Of a DNA stretch of 64,000 bases, positions 1 to 12,669 are shown in pieces. Source of the stretch: the human T2T-CHM13v2.0 reference genome, Homo sapiens. Where the stretch lies: assembly GCF_009914755.1 (NCBI RefSeq), contig NC_060927.1. One strand, written 5' to 3'. A program made the position numbers and the translations under genes. Within the stretch, counting starts at the first letter, position 1. Each line of letters opens with the position of its first letter. Under the pieces are notes generated by a model that was not told where the DNA came from, did no database searches, and saw only the letters and a list, made by a program, of their open reading frames with translations.

Positions 1-250
1 CAGCAAAGAACTGAATACTGCCAACAGCCATGTGAACTTAGATGAATCCACTCCCAGCCATGCCTCAGAGGAGACTGCTGTCCCAGCCAACACCTTGACT
101 GCAGCCTCGTGAGACCCTGAAGGAGAGGACTCAGCCAAGTCATGCCTGGACTCCTGACCTACAGAAATGTATGCTGTTTTAAGCCACTAGTAATATTAGC
201 ACTAATGGATACTAATTAATAATATTGTGAACTAATGGATGACTAATACA
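1..250 (+). mobile_element. MaLR LTR (MLT1-like), 3' portion
   Basis: cccagccaacaccttgactgcagcctcgtgagaccctg...tgttttaagccacta...actaataca, typical of the MLT1 LTR end. Confidence 0.7.
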
Positions 251-357
251 AAATGGCAAAGGTAGGCTGAAATTAATATTTCAATATTTGAACCTCTTTG
301 GAACCTAGCACTGTTAAACGGGAGTCCAGGTGGAAGAATTGCAGGTGTAACATACAG

Positions 358-867
<510 letters not shown>

Positions 868-1194
868 TGTGGAGTCATCTGGTAGCTAAGTTTTAGTAAA
901 GGCTTTCTGGTGTACTAAGTCATTGAGAAAATGATTAGATTGTAATAACTGGTAACAAATCCTTTTACAAGTTAAATTGTTTTCAATCTTTTATTTTCAA
1001 TAAAAGTAAAGGGGACCTAACAGAGTTGTCAATTGATAAATCATTACAAATAATTTTTGATGAAAGAATATGTGAATTTTAACAAGTAAACTTCTTGAAA
1101 GTTGGAAAGACTTTCAAGAATGGAGTGGCATTTCCATTCAAAACTCTCACACACAACTCCTTTTATTCCTAAGTGCTTATTTAAGTGAACAAGG

Positions 1195-2760
1195 TGTATT
1201 AGAGTAGGTTAAATTGCTGTTACAAATAGACCCAAACATGGTTCAAACGTGAAGTTTATTTCCTAATTGGCAAGTGTTCTCCTGCATGTGGTGAATAAGA
1301 CACCCAGGTTTCTTCCATGTGTGGCTCCACCATCCCCCAAGGGTCTTGCCATCATCTACACCCAACTAGAAGAATGCACAGAGGAGCACTTGCTCTCTTA
1401 ATAGTCCTAGCCCAGAAAGAGCATGTTTTATTTCTGCTTACCTTTAATTAGATTATATCCATCTGGGTCCAATCAGCAGAGAGAAACCATATAGTAATTT
1501 AAATAGGGGAAGTTTAATAGGAAGAATTATTAACTGTAAGAGGGGATTGGAGTCACAAGGGATTGGCAGTTCAGAAGCAAAGGGATAACATTTATAAAAA
1601 GTGGATACTATCCCTAAAGCTGAGAAAGAGCACTCCCACCTCCTTCTCTTTCATCAGGGCTGAGATTCATATTTCATTGAAGAGGTGTATTTGAGGGCCC
1701 CAATATTATCCTTAGGTTCAGTGATAAGTGAGGACTCAGAATTCAAAAAAGCTTTTATACTTAGGGTTATGGTTTGTCATAATGAAAAGAGAGTTAAAAT
1801 CAGCAAAAAGAAAAGGCACATAGGGCAGAGGCTGGGACAGACCAGATGCAAGCTTCCAGTTGTCTTTTCTCAGTGGAGTCACATGGACAGTACTTAATTC
1901 TTTCAGCAATGATGTGTGAAAACACTCATAAAGTATTGCCAGCTAGGGAAGCTCACCCAAGCCTTGGTGTCCGGGGTTTGTACTGGGGGTTGATCACATA
2001 GGCATGGCTGATTGTGCTCACAGCTGACCTTAGTTATTCAAGTCTTCAGCTCCTCCAGAGGCCAGTTGATACCAAGACCCCCACTATAAATCACACCGTT
2101 AGCATAGACTACCTGGCGTGGCCTAAGGTCCTAGATAAACAAAGACACTCTTATCAGGCAGGATGTTCCAATACGTTTCTTTTTTCCTTTTTTTTTTGAA
2201 GGTATGGGGCTTGGACAATGTGAACTGAGTTAATCCTTTACTGCACAGCAGGGCATGGCTGTTGTTCGCTGAAGGGCAGAGAAGTGCCTTGCTGGTTGCA
2301 CTTGCTGGAAATCTACCCTATTGGCTGCCAGGGAAAGTTGCTCAACCCACCCTGCTACAAAACTGACTGGAAGGGTGGGGGCCAAGGGAAGCTGCCGGCT
2401 GCTGGGTGCTGCTGACTACTGTGCACTGCAGTAGCTGGGCACTGGAGAAGCTGTGATCCTTGGAGGAGGCTGCACATGGGAACTAGGAAGTAAAATGCTT
2501 TTCTCTTTCAGTATCACTCTAGCACCCCAAAGCTTCAGCGCCAGCCACCAAAGGAAAAATGTTTAAAGGGCCCAGATCAACTTTACAGAGGAAACAGACA
2601 AGGGTGAATTTGAGCTGAGAGGCAATATATAGATAATGGGCACAGCCACACTGCAAGGAATGCTGGGAAATATAGCCCACCCGCATATTTACCTAACAAT
2701 CTTATTACTGAAAGAGAAGAAAAATGATTTTGGTGGACAGGTAGCACTCTCTGCCACATG
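1195..2760. mobile_element. Nested LTR cluster (MLT1-like containing further ERV LTR fragments, MER21-like at ~1686-2247)
   Basis: TG...CA-bounded segments resembling recalled LTR consensus sequences; family names and limits are approximate. Confidence 0.45.
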
Positions 2761-3041
2761 ATATTTCTTAGACTTAAAATGGAAAAATAGGAATAGAATT
2801 GATGCTAAACCCATCTCATTCTTGCAGTGAACTAGTGGACAAAACCAATAACACTCCCATCTAGCTCATTCAGAGATTCAATTCAGACAGATTTTTACTT
2901 TTTATGTTTAATAAGTGTATATCAGATTTGGTGATATATTTATGTTTTTTGATCAATTGTGAACTAATACTTGTAATCACTAAATACAGAATAATTTTTA
3001 AGATATATAGCTTTATTGTCAAAGGAAATTATCTAAAATAA

Positions 3042-3248
<207 letters not shown>

Positions 3249-4309
3249 AATAACTAAATTGTGATAATATTTTTAAATGTCAGAATTTATAATAAATGGG
3301 AAATTATTTTTACAATACGGTGGAAATTATTAAGGGTCGACTTAAAACAGTGCTAAAGGATACCTAGATTTTCAAAATTCTTTTAGAGACAATGTAAGGA
3401 AAAAATGTGAAAACTACTGATCGAATTCATCATTTCATCCTCAACATCTGGCTCAGAACGCAGTACATAATAAGTGCTCAATAAATATTATTTGAATAAA
3501 GATAAGAAAGAATGAATGGTAAACAGAGGGGTACATACAAATAATGCCCAATGTAGACAAAGGTTGTAAGAACCTAGGCGAAAGAAGTTGCAGGATACTA
3601 GTAAAGGTACAAATCCTCACAATCTTTCTGGAAGGCTTTTTGCAGTCTATATAAATGGCTTTAAAATTTGCCCCCCTTTTGACCAAATCATATATCTTCT
3701 AGGAATTTATCCTGGAAGTCGTAAGTGAACAAAGATGCTCATAACTGCACTCAGTCAGTCAATACATATTTCTTAATCACCTACTCTTTATCGTAGATAA
3801 AGCAGTTAGGTACGGTCCTGCCTTCATAAAATGTACCGTTTATTGGGGGAGGCCAAGTAACTAATGTTGCAAATGAAAGGTTAAAAATTGTGAGAAGTTC
3901 TATAAAAAATAGATAGCAAGCACTGAAAGAGTATTAAAATGGTGTTGGAGGGGAATGAGAGCAAATCTTGGAAGGCTTGGAAAATGCAATTATTCATTTA
4001 TTTGAAAGATAAACTGATTGTTTTCCCTGGGGTGCTCTTAGAAATGAGAGTAAAGAATGGGTGGAGGGTAAGCTGCTTGGAGGCCAGAGATGGATTCAGG
4101 GGCGGGATAACATTTCAGCTCCAGGGAATAGCTCGTGTCAAGGATGGAACAGGAGGGATCAAGGTATGGTTGAGACACTGGAAGAAGGCGAGGGGCCGTG
4201 GAACATATATTACAGGGGAGAGGATGGTGCATGGTGAGGCTGAAGAGGTATTGCCAAAGGCCAAGTTCAGGATTTTGGTTTTATCTCAAACAATGACTAT
4301 ATTTTCAGA

Positions 4310-4977
4310 GGAATAATTAACATAAAATAAAATGCACAGACTTCAGGTGTTCAGTTCAATGAATGTTAACAAACATATACATATAACAGTCACCCAAACC
4401 AAGATATAGACAATTTCTGTCAATCACCCCAGCATGTTCCCTCTACCCCTTTCCCGCCAATACCTGTCCACCCATCCCTTGCTACCGCTTTCTATCACCA
4501 TAGGTTAGTTTTGGCTATTCTAGAATTTCATATATTATAGAATAACACAGTATGTATTCTTTTGTGTTATTATTTAGTTTAACATAATGTTTTTGAGATT
4601 CATCCATACTGCTATGTGTATCTGTAGTTCATTTTCTTTTATTGCTGAGTAGTATTCTGTTGTATGGATACCATGACTTGTTTATTTGTTCTCTGGTTGA
4701 CGGGCATTTGGGTTGTTTTGAGTGGCTGTTGTAAATAAAGCTTCTATAAATGTTCTTGCATACGTCTTTTTGTAATACATGTTTATATCTCTTTTTGGCA
4801 AATACTTAGAATTGGAATTGCTGGATCATAGAGTAGATGTATGTTTACCTTTGTAATAAACTGCCAAATAGTTTTCCAAAGTTGGTTGTACCATTTAACA
4901 CTCCTGCCTGCATTGTATACTTGCCAACATGTGGTGTTGCTGGTCTTTTTTACTTTAGCCACTCCAGTGGGTATCAC
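4310..4977 (-). mobile_element. Old L1 (L1M) 3' fragment
   Basis: ORF 4783..4977 carries the L1 ORF2 C-terminal motif LLYDPAIPILSI, followed by L1M-type 3' UTR sequence. Confidence 0.8.
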
Positions 4978-6059
4978 TGAAAAGTCTCAAGTAGGGGAGT
5001 AACTCGCGCTTAAAAACAAATCACTCTGATTACATCATGCAGAAGGGGCGGGGGTGGGGCAAGATGTGGTGAGACCTGTTAGGTGGTGACTGCAACAGTC
5101 CAGGTGAGAGATATTGGGAGGTTTACGGTACTGATGATGGAGATGGATTTTAGAGATATTTAGAAGGTAGAATTAATAGGAGTTGGTTACCAATTAAAAC
5201 AATAGAAAAGACCCAAATTATTATTTGTCATTTGTTTGATTTTGGGCTGGGGGGAGTGTAGATTACTTGGTTTGGTGGGCATGGGTATATCATATTTGTG
5301 GTCCCTTTATCTCCAGCAAAGGGGACTGCTTAAATATATGATGTTACATACGTACTATGGAATGGCATCCTGTCATTAAAAATGGTGTAAAAGAGTTTTT
5401 CTTGATATGGAAAGATGTTCAAAATACAATGCTTAAAACAAGTTTAAAGACTTTGTAAAGTGTATAGCATGACCATTTTTAATATTTAAAATACAGTATA
5501 GAGAAAAGCCATCTGGGAAGATGTAAAGTGTTAACTGTGATCTCTAGGTTGAGTTTTCAGAATAGTTTTTAATTTGGGCTATGATTTTTTTCTGGTTTTC
5601 TACAAAGAACATATGCTAATTGTGTAATATGAAAAAAGTTATTTAAAAACACTTAACATTTCAAAAATAGAAATTTATTTTAAGAGCACAACATGAGAAT
5701 AAATAGAACCCCAAGGGGATGGGAAAGGTAGTGATAACAGGATCTTGATCCTTCTTCCTTTATCCTCAGATACTCTTTCCCACCTTGTATCTTCCAGTCC
5801 AGCTACCTGGCAGGGTTCCTAGGCCTTTTTCAGCCTTTGAAGGTCTGAGAGTAGAAGGGCTAGTGAGAGAGGCTGAGCTGAACTCAAATCCAGGATTTTG
5901 AAATCCATGGAAACTTCTCTGATCCCTGTCCCCAACTGAGGGTACATTCAAACCTCCTTTGGATTCTAGTAGTATTGATCAGTTCTATTGCCTCTGCCAC
6001 TCTGGAAATGGCATCTGCAAGTCATACATGGCCTCCACATTGCTAATCCAGCCACAGTC

Positions 6060-7265
6060 CTCACCGTACTGGACACATCAGAAGCATCGGCCATTGTCCC
6101 TCTCTCCTTCCTCCTGGAGACACCCTCCCGGTTTTCCCCTATTTCACTGGCCACTCTTTTTCAACCTCCTTTTCAGGTTCTTCTTTGTCTCTCCAGCCTC
6201 TTAATCTTGGAGTGTCCAAGGGCTCAGTCCTTGGAAATTTTCTTCTATTTATACTTACTCCCTTAGTGATTTCATCCAGTTTTAGCTTTAGATACTCTCT
6301 TGCATGCCGACAACTCCTAATTGCTATCTCCAGCCTGGATCTCTCCCCTGAACTCCAGACTTGTATAACCCAATGTGTTCCCAACTGGATTTCTCAAAGG
6401 CATCTGAAAGTTAATATGCCCCCTAAAGAATGCCTGTTCTTCCCCCACCTGTCCCCACGTTGTTCCTCCTCAGTCTTCTCCCTCTTGGTAAATGGCAACA
6501 TCAACCTTCCTTGGGCTCAGGCCACAAACCTTGGAGACATAATTGACTTCTCTTTCATTTCTCACCTTGCAAGTCCAAAGCCTGTTGGCTCTATCTTACA
6601 AATATATTCATATATGCTTTCCTTATGCCCTGGCTCATGCCACCATCTCACCCCGCCTGGACTACCGCAGCCTCCTACAACTTGATCTTCTTCCTTCCTT
6701 CCCTGTTCCCTACAGTCTATATTCAACTTAGCAGTCAGAGTGATCTTTCAAAATACACATCAGATGATGTCACTTCTTAGCTCAAAAAACTCTAACAGCT
6801 AAACATAAACAGAGTAAACGCCAGAGTCCTTAAAAAGCCTACACGGCCCCAGATGATACAACCCGTTACTTTAACAATGTTCCATCTGACTCCTGGATCC
6901 AGTTTCACAGTCCTTGTTATTCCATAAATATTCCAAGCATGTTCAAAGCTTCAGGGTCTTACACTTGCTCTTCTCCCTGCAGGGAAGGCTTTTCCTTCCG
7001 ATATCCATCTGGCAGCTACTTTTTTGGGTCTTTGCTCAACTGAGACCTTCCCTGACCTCCCTACTTAAAATTGCAACCCTCCACTCCCACTACTCACCAT
7101 TTCCCTTCCCTGATCCCATAGTACTTAACACCTAACAAATTCTATCATTTGTTTTTTTCCTCCCTTGCCCAGATGTAAGATCCTTGAGAGCAGAGATTTA
7201 TTTCCCTCCACGAATCCTACAGCAGTACCTGGCATAGACTAGGCACTATTTATTGGATGAGTAAT
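6060..7265 (+). mobile_element. L2 LINE fragment
   Basis: Pyrimidine-rich L2 body (atctccagcctggatctctcccctgaactccagact) and 3' end (gtacctggcatagactaggcac). Confidence 0.75.
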
Positions 7266-8597
7266 ACTCAGTATATTATACCTTGCATTCTAGTTTCACC
7301 TGGAGAAATGTTTCCCCCACTAGATTGTTGGGTGCTGAAGGAGAGGGTGGGCTTGTGACTCCCTTATCTTCACCTGCAAAGTGTCTATTATAGTGTCTTA
7401 CACATCATCGATGATTGGTACATGATAACTCAATGATGAAAGCACAGACTCACCCTTGTTTCACTCTAGGAAACAGGTCATCCAGGAGAGTCCGGCTAAT
7501 TGTTAAAGGTAGGTGTCACAGACATCACTGATGCCAGCTCCATGTGCCCTCAACCCCCTAAGCTAACTGCATCTGAAAACAGTTCCTAGCACACTGATTA
7601 TCTGCATCTACACTCTTCTCTTCCTGATAGGATATATATTGAAGAGTTAATATCTCTGGGGATAACCTTCAACCAATAAGGGCAGGAGTTGGAGGATAAA
7701 TGCCCCAGCCTCCCCAGCTTCTGGTCAACATAGTCTGGATAAGATGGTGTCAGTGGTGTTTAAGTATTACCTGGAAAGTATAGCACTTAAACATGTAAGA
7801 GGTTGTCACACAATTACTATACCACAAACAGGGCTTTAGCTTGAAAATGCCACCTAAATCATTTATTTTTAGCATCCAGCAGTGCCTGGCACCTAGCAGG
7901 TGCTCAGTGGATGATTGAAAAAGAAGAAATGTGCCATTAATGGTGGAACTGAGCCATCTTCAGAGCTTGCTTAAAAATGGTGACTTGAGAATGATGTTCT
8001 TAACTGTTAACTCTCCTACACACGCACACACATTCCTTGACTCCCCTAGGAAACTCCTTTCTTTCTCCCTTACTGCCTATGAGATCGGGGAGTAGTACTT
8101 CATCAGTGCCCTCAATGAACCTAGGAGGTTAGGCCAGATGGTCCCCTGAGACCATTTAGTTAAACCCAATCAACCACTGACCTGGGGCCAGAACCCAAAT
8201 GTCTAGGCTCCAAGGGACTAGTCCTCTTTCCACAGTAGCCACTGTGAAAATTCCAAAAAAGAAATTAATTTTGGAGGCTAACAGCCATGGTATTTTCAGA
8301 CTCAATTTCAACAGTATTACCATTTCAGAAAGCCTGCCAAAAAGATAATGGAGATGAAAAAGTGCTGTGTAAAGTGCTACCCAAAGGTTACCTGAGGTTC
8401 ACTGCCAAGGTCAACAAACCCAGGCTTGGGTGTAGAGCCAGCTCTTAAAGTTGGAGGAGCTAAGGCTGGTCATTCAAAGGGCCCCTTCTGAATGGGACAC
8501 CAGTGTACTTGCCGGGATCAAAAGGACATAGCCGCTCGCCTGGTACCACCCTCACACCCTCCCCCTATTTTAAGTACAATACACTTATGTTGAATAG

Positions 8598-8655
8598 AAT
8601 ACTTACACTATGTATTTGTACTAAACAATACTTACACTATGCATTTGTATTAAAC
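8598..8655. repeat. 29-nt tandem duplication (2 copies, 27/29 identical)
   Basis: aatacttacactatgtatttgtactaaac / aatacttacactatgcatttgtattaaac. Confidence 0.9.
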
Positions 8656-10124
8656 TGATGATCTTCTGGACTTTTTTCCTTTCTCTTGTATTTCAGAGGC
8701 CACACATTGAGTAGCAGCCACCTGCACCGCTGGGCAATGAACGGTCTCTCCAAAGTTTCCAACCGTCTGGGTACATTAGTGTTTTTCTTCCACATTAGTT
8801 TACATTTGTCCCAGCTGCATTAGAATTTAGATTCTGCACATACTCTGGCTCTCAAAACCACATTCTTCTGCGCTCACACTACCTCTTTGTCATCTAACAA
8901 CTGAATACGCATTGTTTCCCTGGCTTGGCTCATGAAAGGGGACCCTGATGCAGAGTAAACTTCCCATTCTCTGAGCTTCCTTATCCTAGCGCCCAACACT
9001 AGAAGGGCGGCAGTGTTTGGTGACCTCCTGCGTTAGGTTAACGATCTGGGTCCGGGCCCAGGCTGGATAACGAGCCCGTGAATAATGGGGAGCGGATTGT
9101 TAAAGCCTTATCATGGTGAAGCTGAGAGGCAGAGACGGCTTTTTCCTGCGCACCCTTGCCCCTTCTCCCCAAGCATCTTTTCTTAATCTGTCGAAGCTAA
9201 TGGGGTTTATGTGGCAGACATTCATTCCTCACAAGCTCCAATTCAAGAGGCGGTGCACTCATTCAGTCTCGATGTTTCTACACTTAGAGGCTTGTAAAAC
9301 AGTAAAGAAAGATAGCAGATAAACTGACAGAAAGCCTTCTGTTCTAGGCTTGAAAAAAGGCTCTACTTTATTTCTCCACTGTAATAGGAGTCTTGAGAAG
9401 GCCAAATTAGAGGTGCAGAAAAAGGGTGAAATAAGAGCACTAGAAACCGTAATAACCGTAATAACACCGCAATACAACCCGGCGAACTTTATTTCCTTCC
9501 ACGTATTTCCCGAGTGATACATATTCACGAGAAAGAGACAAACTTGGAGGAGGAGGTTTTTACTGCTGCACGGCCAGAAAAAAACATAGTGGGCAAAACC
9601 TTCCTGAGCTTTTTTCGTTATTTATCAACCATTAATTGATTTTTCACTTGTCAAGAGCAAAACTTATTGGGGAAAAATTAGAAAATGAATGGTCTTAAGT
9701 TCTTACTGGTTTTCAAAGTATCCACATAAGGGGCTGAGGATAATTCTGGGACTCGAAAGTCCTAGACTGCTTTGTAATCTTTTCACACAACCCAAAGCGA
9801 AACATGGGCTACACTTAAAAAAAGAGTTACTAAGAATTGGTGGCTTGGTGGGCTCAAGGGGATGAGGTGATCTCAGCTCACCATTGGCTGGGAAGAGGAT
9901 CTCTCGACTTTCCACCTCTTTGGATTAAATTTTTAGCTGGAGTTTAAGAGGAGCTGTGCACATCTATTTCCAGGTAACAGAGTTCCCTAACTACCCTCGA
10001 TGCCACTGTCCATTGGTAAGGCTAAATTGTTGAGAGGGCTAGGGCGGGGGCGGAGAGAAAGCCAGGGGGATTTGCCTGCTTTAAAATTAGACCAATGAGG
10101 GCAAGAAAGAGGCAGGTTCGGGTG

Positions 10125-12447
10125 CTTGGTAAACGAAAAGCAAACTTCTTTATTGTACACAGTACAGAATATAACGCAGCTTGGCAGGATGCATACGGCC
10201 CTGCGCAGGGGAAAGTATTTCAAATCAGCTGGCAGGTTCAAGCCTTTCTGCACTGTAGACTTTCCACACTCTGGAAAAGAAGCAAACAAACAAACCCCAA
10301 AGAACCCCCGAAAAAAACAAAAACCATCCGGGAGGTGCATGAGTCCAATGGGAATGCAACCGTGATGCCGCTGTCCTATGCCCAGTGACAGCACAGGTCA
10401 CGTAAGTTACAGCAGGGGAGGGGTAGCTCAAGCTACAGAGGATTATTGTCATATTGCTAAGACAGCATAAATCCATTCAAAAAAAAAAAAAAAAAAATCC
10501 AAACCAGGGTAAGTAAAGAAAGGAAAACCAAATCTATACAGCATTTACAACAAATAAATCTCTAGCCAGCTGGGGGTAAAATATGCATCTATGTATAGAC
10601 TATGTGTAGGTTAAGAAAGCTATAAATATGGTTTAGAAAGAGTCCTTTGATTAGAGTACAATGCTAATTAAGGCCCAATCTACAGGTTTACCACCTTTGT
10701 GGGCTAATTAGCTTCCAATAGAGGAGAATCTCATGTTTCCATAGCTATAAAGTGCACCCCTTATCCCTGCGAACCTCTTCACAAATGTGCTGTTGGTCAT
10801 AAGGGGGACAGTTTGAGACTATGGAGTGCTCCATGAATAGAAAAGCAGTTCAAAGCACGTGTCTCACACTCACGGAGTCAGCACTGCCTCCTTCACATAC
10901 GAGGAACAGTGTAGTCATTCTTAATGTACTAAGTGTCACGGGGAGCACAGAATTCTACCAGCAGAGCAGGCAGCAAGGTACCACCAGTAACTTTTCCTCT
11001 ACTTTGAGCTCAACTTTCACATAGCTTTAGCTTGGTTGTTTAAAACTTTTCCAATATAATACAGCAATGAGAATAATTTCTTTTTAAAAAAAGGCAGGAA
11101 TCTAGAATGCTAGCACTGTTGCTTACCTGTCAGTATCACACGTAAGTCTCAAACCCTACTGAATCACACAGGTAGGGTTTAAAGTCCAAGATTTAAAGAA
11201 AAAGGAAAACAAAACAAACTGATGAAATGGAAATTGTCATCAGTCATGCCCAGGGAAGAATCCCAAGGGTTTTCACCAGGTGACCAGGTTTCCAAAGGAC
11301 ATGACACATGTTATATACATATGCTTTCCAGAGAGGGCATGTTAGTGAACACGGGGAACTATACATAGAGAATCTAAGCTTGTGTCCAGGCTGCCCTGCA
11401 CACTTCAAAAATGTACAACTCAGGTGCAAATGTTCCATCAGGTTGTCTGGTGCAGAAAGCACAAAGCAGGCAACAAGGCGGGCTTTCACATGGCCAAGGG
11501 GAAGCCTCAGCAAAGCCCCTCTCAAGCTGCAGTGTCTTCATAAGTTGGCACGGCCCTGGCTAAAGGACACAGTGCACAGTTACCAAAAGGTTTGTTTTTG
11601 TTTTTTGTTTTTCGTTTTTTTGCTTTAAATACCAAAACTACAAAAATCAGTTTATAAACTGTTTTTCCAAAACAACCACCAAAACAAAACAATCCCCCAA
11701 ATCAGGGCAAAACAAAATACTGTCAAAAGTGTTAATCGCCCTTCTCCTAAAATAAAAGTCATCCACACTCAGCCACGTGATTGGGAAGAGAAAGGGGGCT
11801 TGCTCTACTTGGCGACCACATGGCCGGGTGGTTCCCAAGAGTAGCCATGGTTTATGATTTTGAGAACCACGGAGTGGGGAACAGCTGTTCTGACTGCCCC
11901 CCTTTTTCTAGACAAGGGGTAATATTTCAGATTCAGCTAGAAGAGCTTTCCAATGTTTAAGATGTATTTTTAACCCTTAATGGTTTGAGCCTCCCCAACT
12001 TAGCCTACTTACTTTTCTATGGGTTTGTGATTTTTCAACAAATTGTGCAAATCAGAGCCCTTCTATGTAAAGGCATTTAGTAGTCCATGATCGATGCAGA
12101 TTGTCACATACTATGTCCCGTTTTGCGGGTACTAACCTGAACAAGATATTGCTTTGCATGTATTGTCCATGGTAAGGAGACTCCATTTTGATCTCTTCCC
12201 AGAAACCTCATCAGAATCAAGAGTTGAGGCACTGGCCTTTTGGTGGTTTTCTGCCCCTCCCTGTTCCCACTCCCCAGCCAATGTATCTGTCTTTAAGGGT
12301 GCCAATCCAGAGACAGCTTGGGTTCTCCAGATAATACTCAAAGGGCAAGCTTTAGGAACAACCAAAAACACAAACAAAACCACTGCCCTTGTTTGCCTGA
12401 ATGGGAACTGCTAGCTCTAGGGTTTGGCCACTCCGCCACTCAGAAAC
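10125..12447 (-). other. ETV5: ETV5 3' UTR (~2.3 kb)
   Basis: Stretch with no recognisable interspersed repeat and U-rich tracts on the minus strand, between the stop codon and the AATAAA at 10149-10154. Exact cleavage site is estimated. Confidence 0.85.
10149..10154 (-). terminator. Polyadenylation signal AATAAA of ETV5
   Basis: Minus strand reads CTGTACTGTGTACAATAAAGAAGTTTGCTTTTCG: canonical hexamer preceded by two UGUA (CFIm) elements. Confidence 0.85.
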
Positions 12448-12669
12448 TTAGTAAGCAAAGCCTTCGGCATAGGGGAGGCTGCTGCAGCGGTCCATGTCCA
12501 GGAGGTAAGCGGGGCTGTCTTCAAAGTGGGTCAGCGGCAGGGTGTCCTCCTCGCTGAGGTGGCACTCGGACTCTGCCTTCAGGAACGGACGCTGGTTATC
12601 CGGGAAAGCCATGGAGAAGAGGGCATCTGGGTCACAGACAAATTTGTAGACGTATCGCTCTCCAGCCAC
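12448..12669 (-). CDS. ETV5: ETV5 last exon, coding part (222 nt with TAA): VAGERYVYKFVCDPDALFSMAFPDNQRP...LPYAEGFAY*
   Basis: Acceptor CCCGCAG|; end of ETS domain and the ERM C-terminus EGFAY; stop at 12448-12450. Confidence 0.98.
   Translation of the reverse strand: MAGERYVYKFVCDPDALFSMAFPDNQRPFLKAESECHLSEEDTLPLTHFEDSPAYLLDMDRCSSLPYAEGFAY

Noticed and set aside
6185-6685. 166-aa ORF
   Set aside because: Lies within an L2 element; a degenerate LINE reading frame, not a host gene.
8990-9015. CTCF-like motif (acactagaagggcggcag)
   Set aside because: Spacing deviates from the CCASYAGRKGGCRS core; not supportable without ChIP data.
10271-11126. Possible intron within the 3' UTR (CAG|GTAAGC donor at 11126; U-rich CAG acceptor at 10271)
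   Set aside because: No plausible branch-point adenosine within ~50 nt of the acceptor; such motifs arise by chance in U-rich UTRs.
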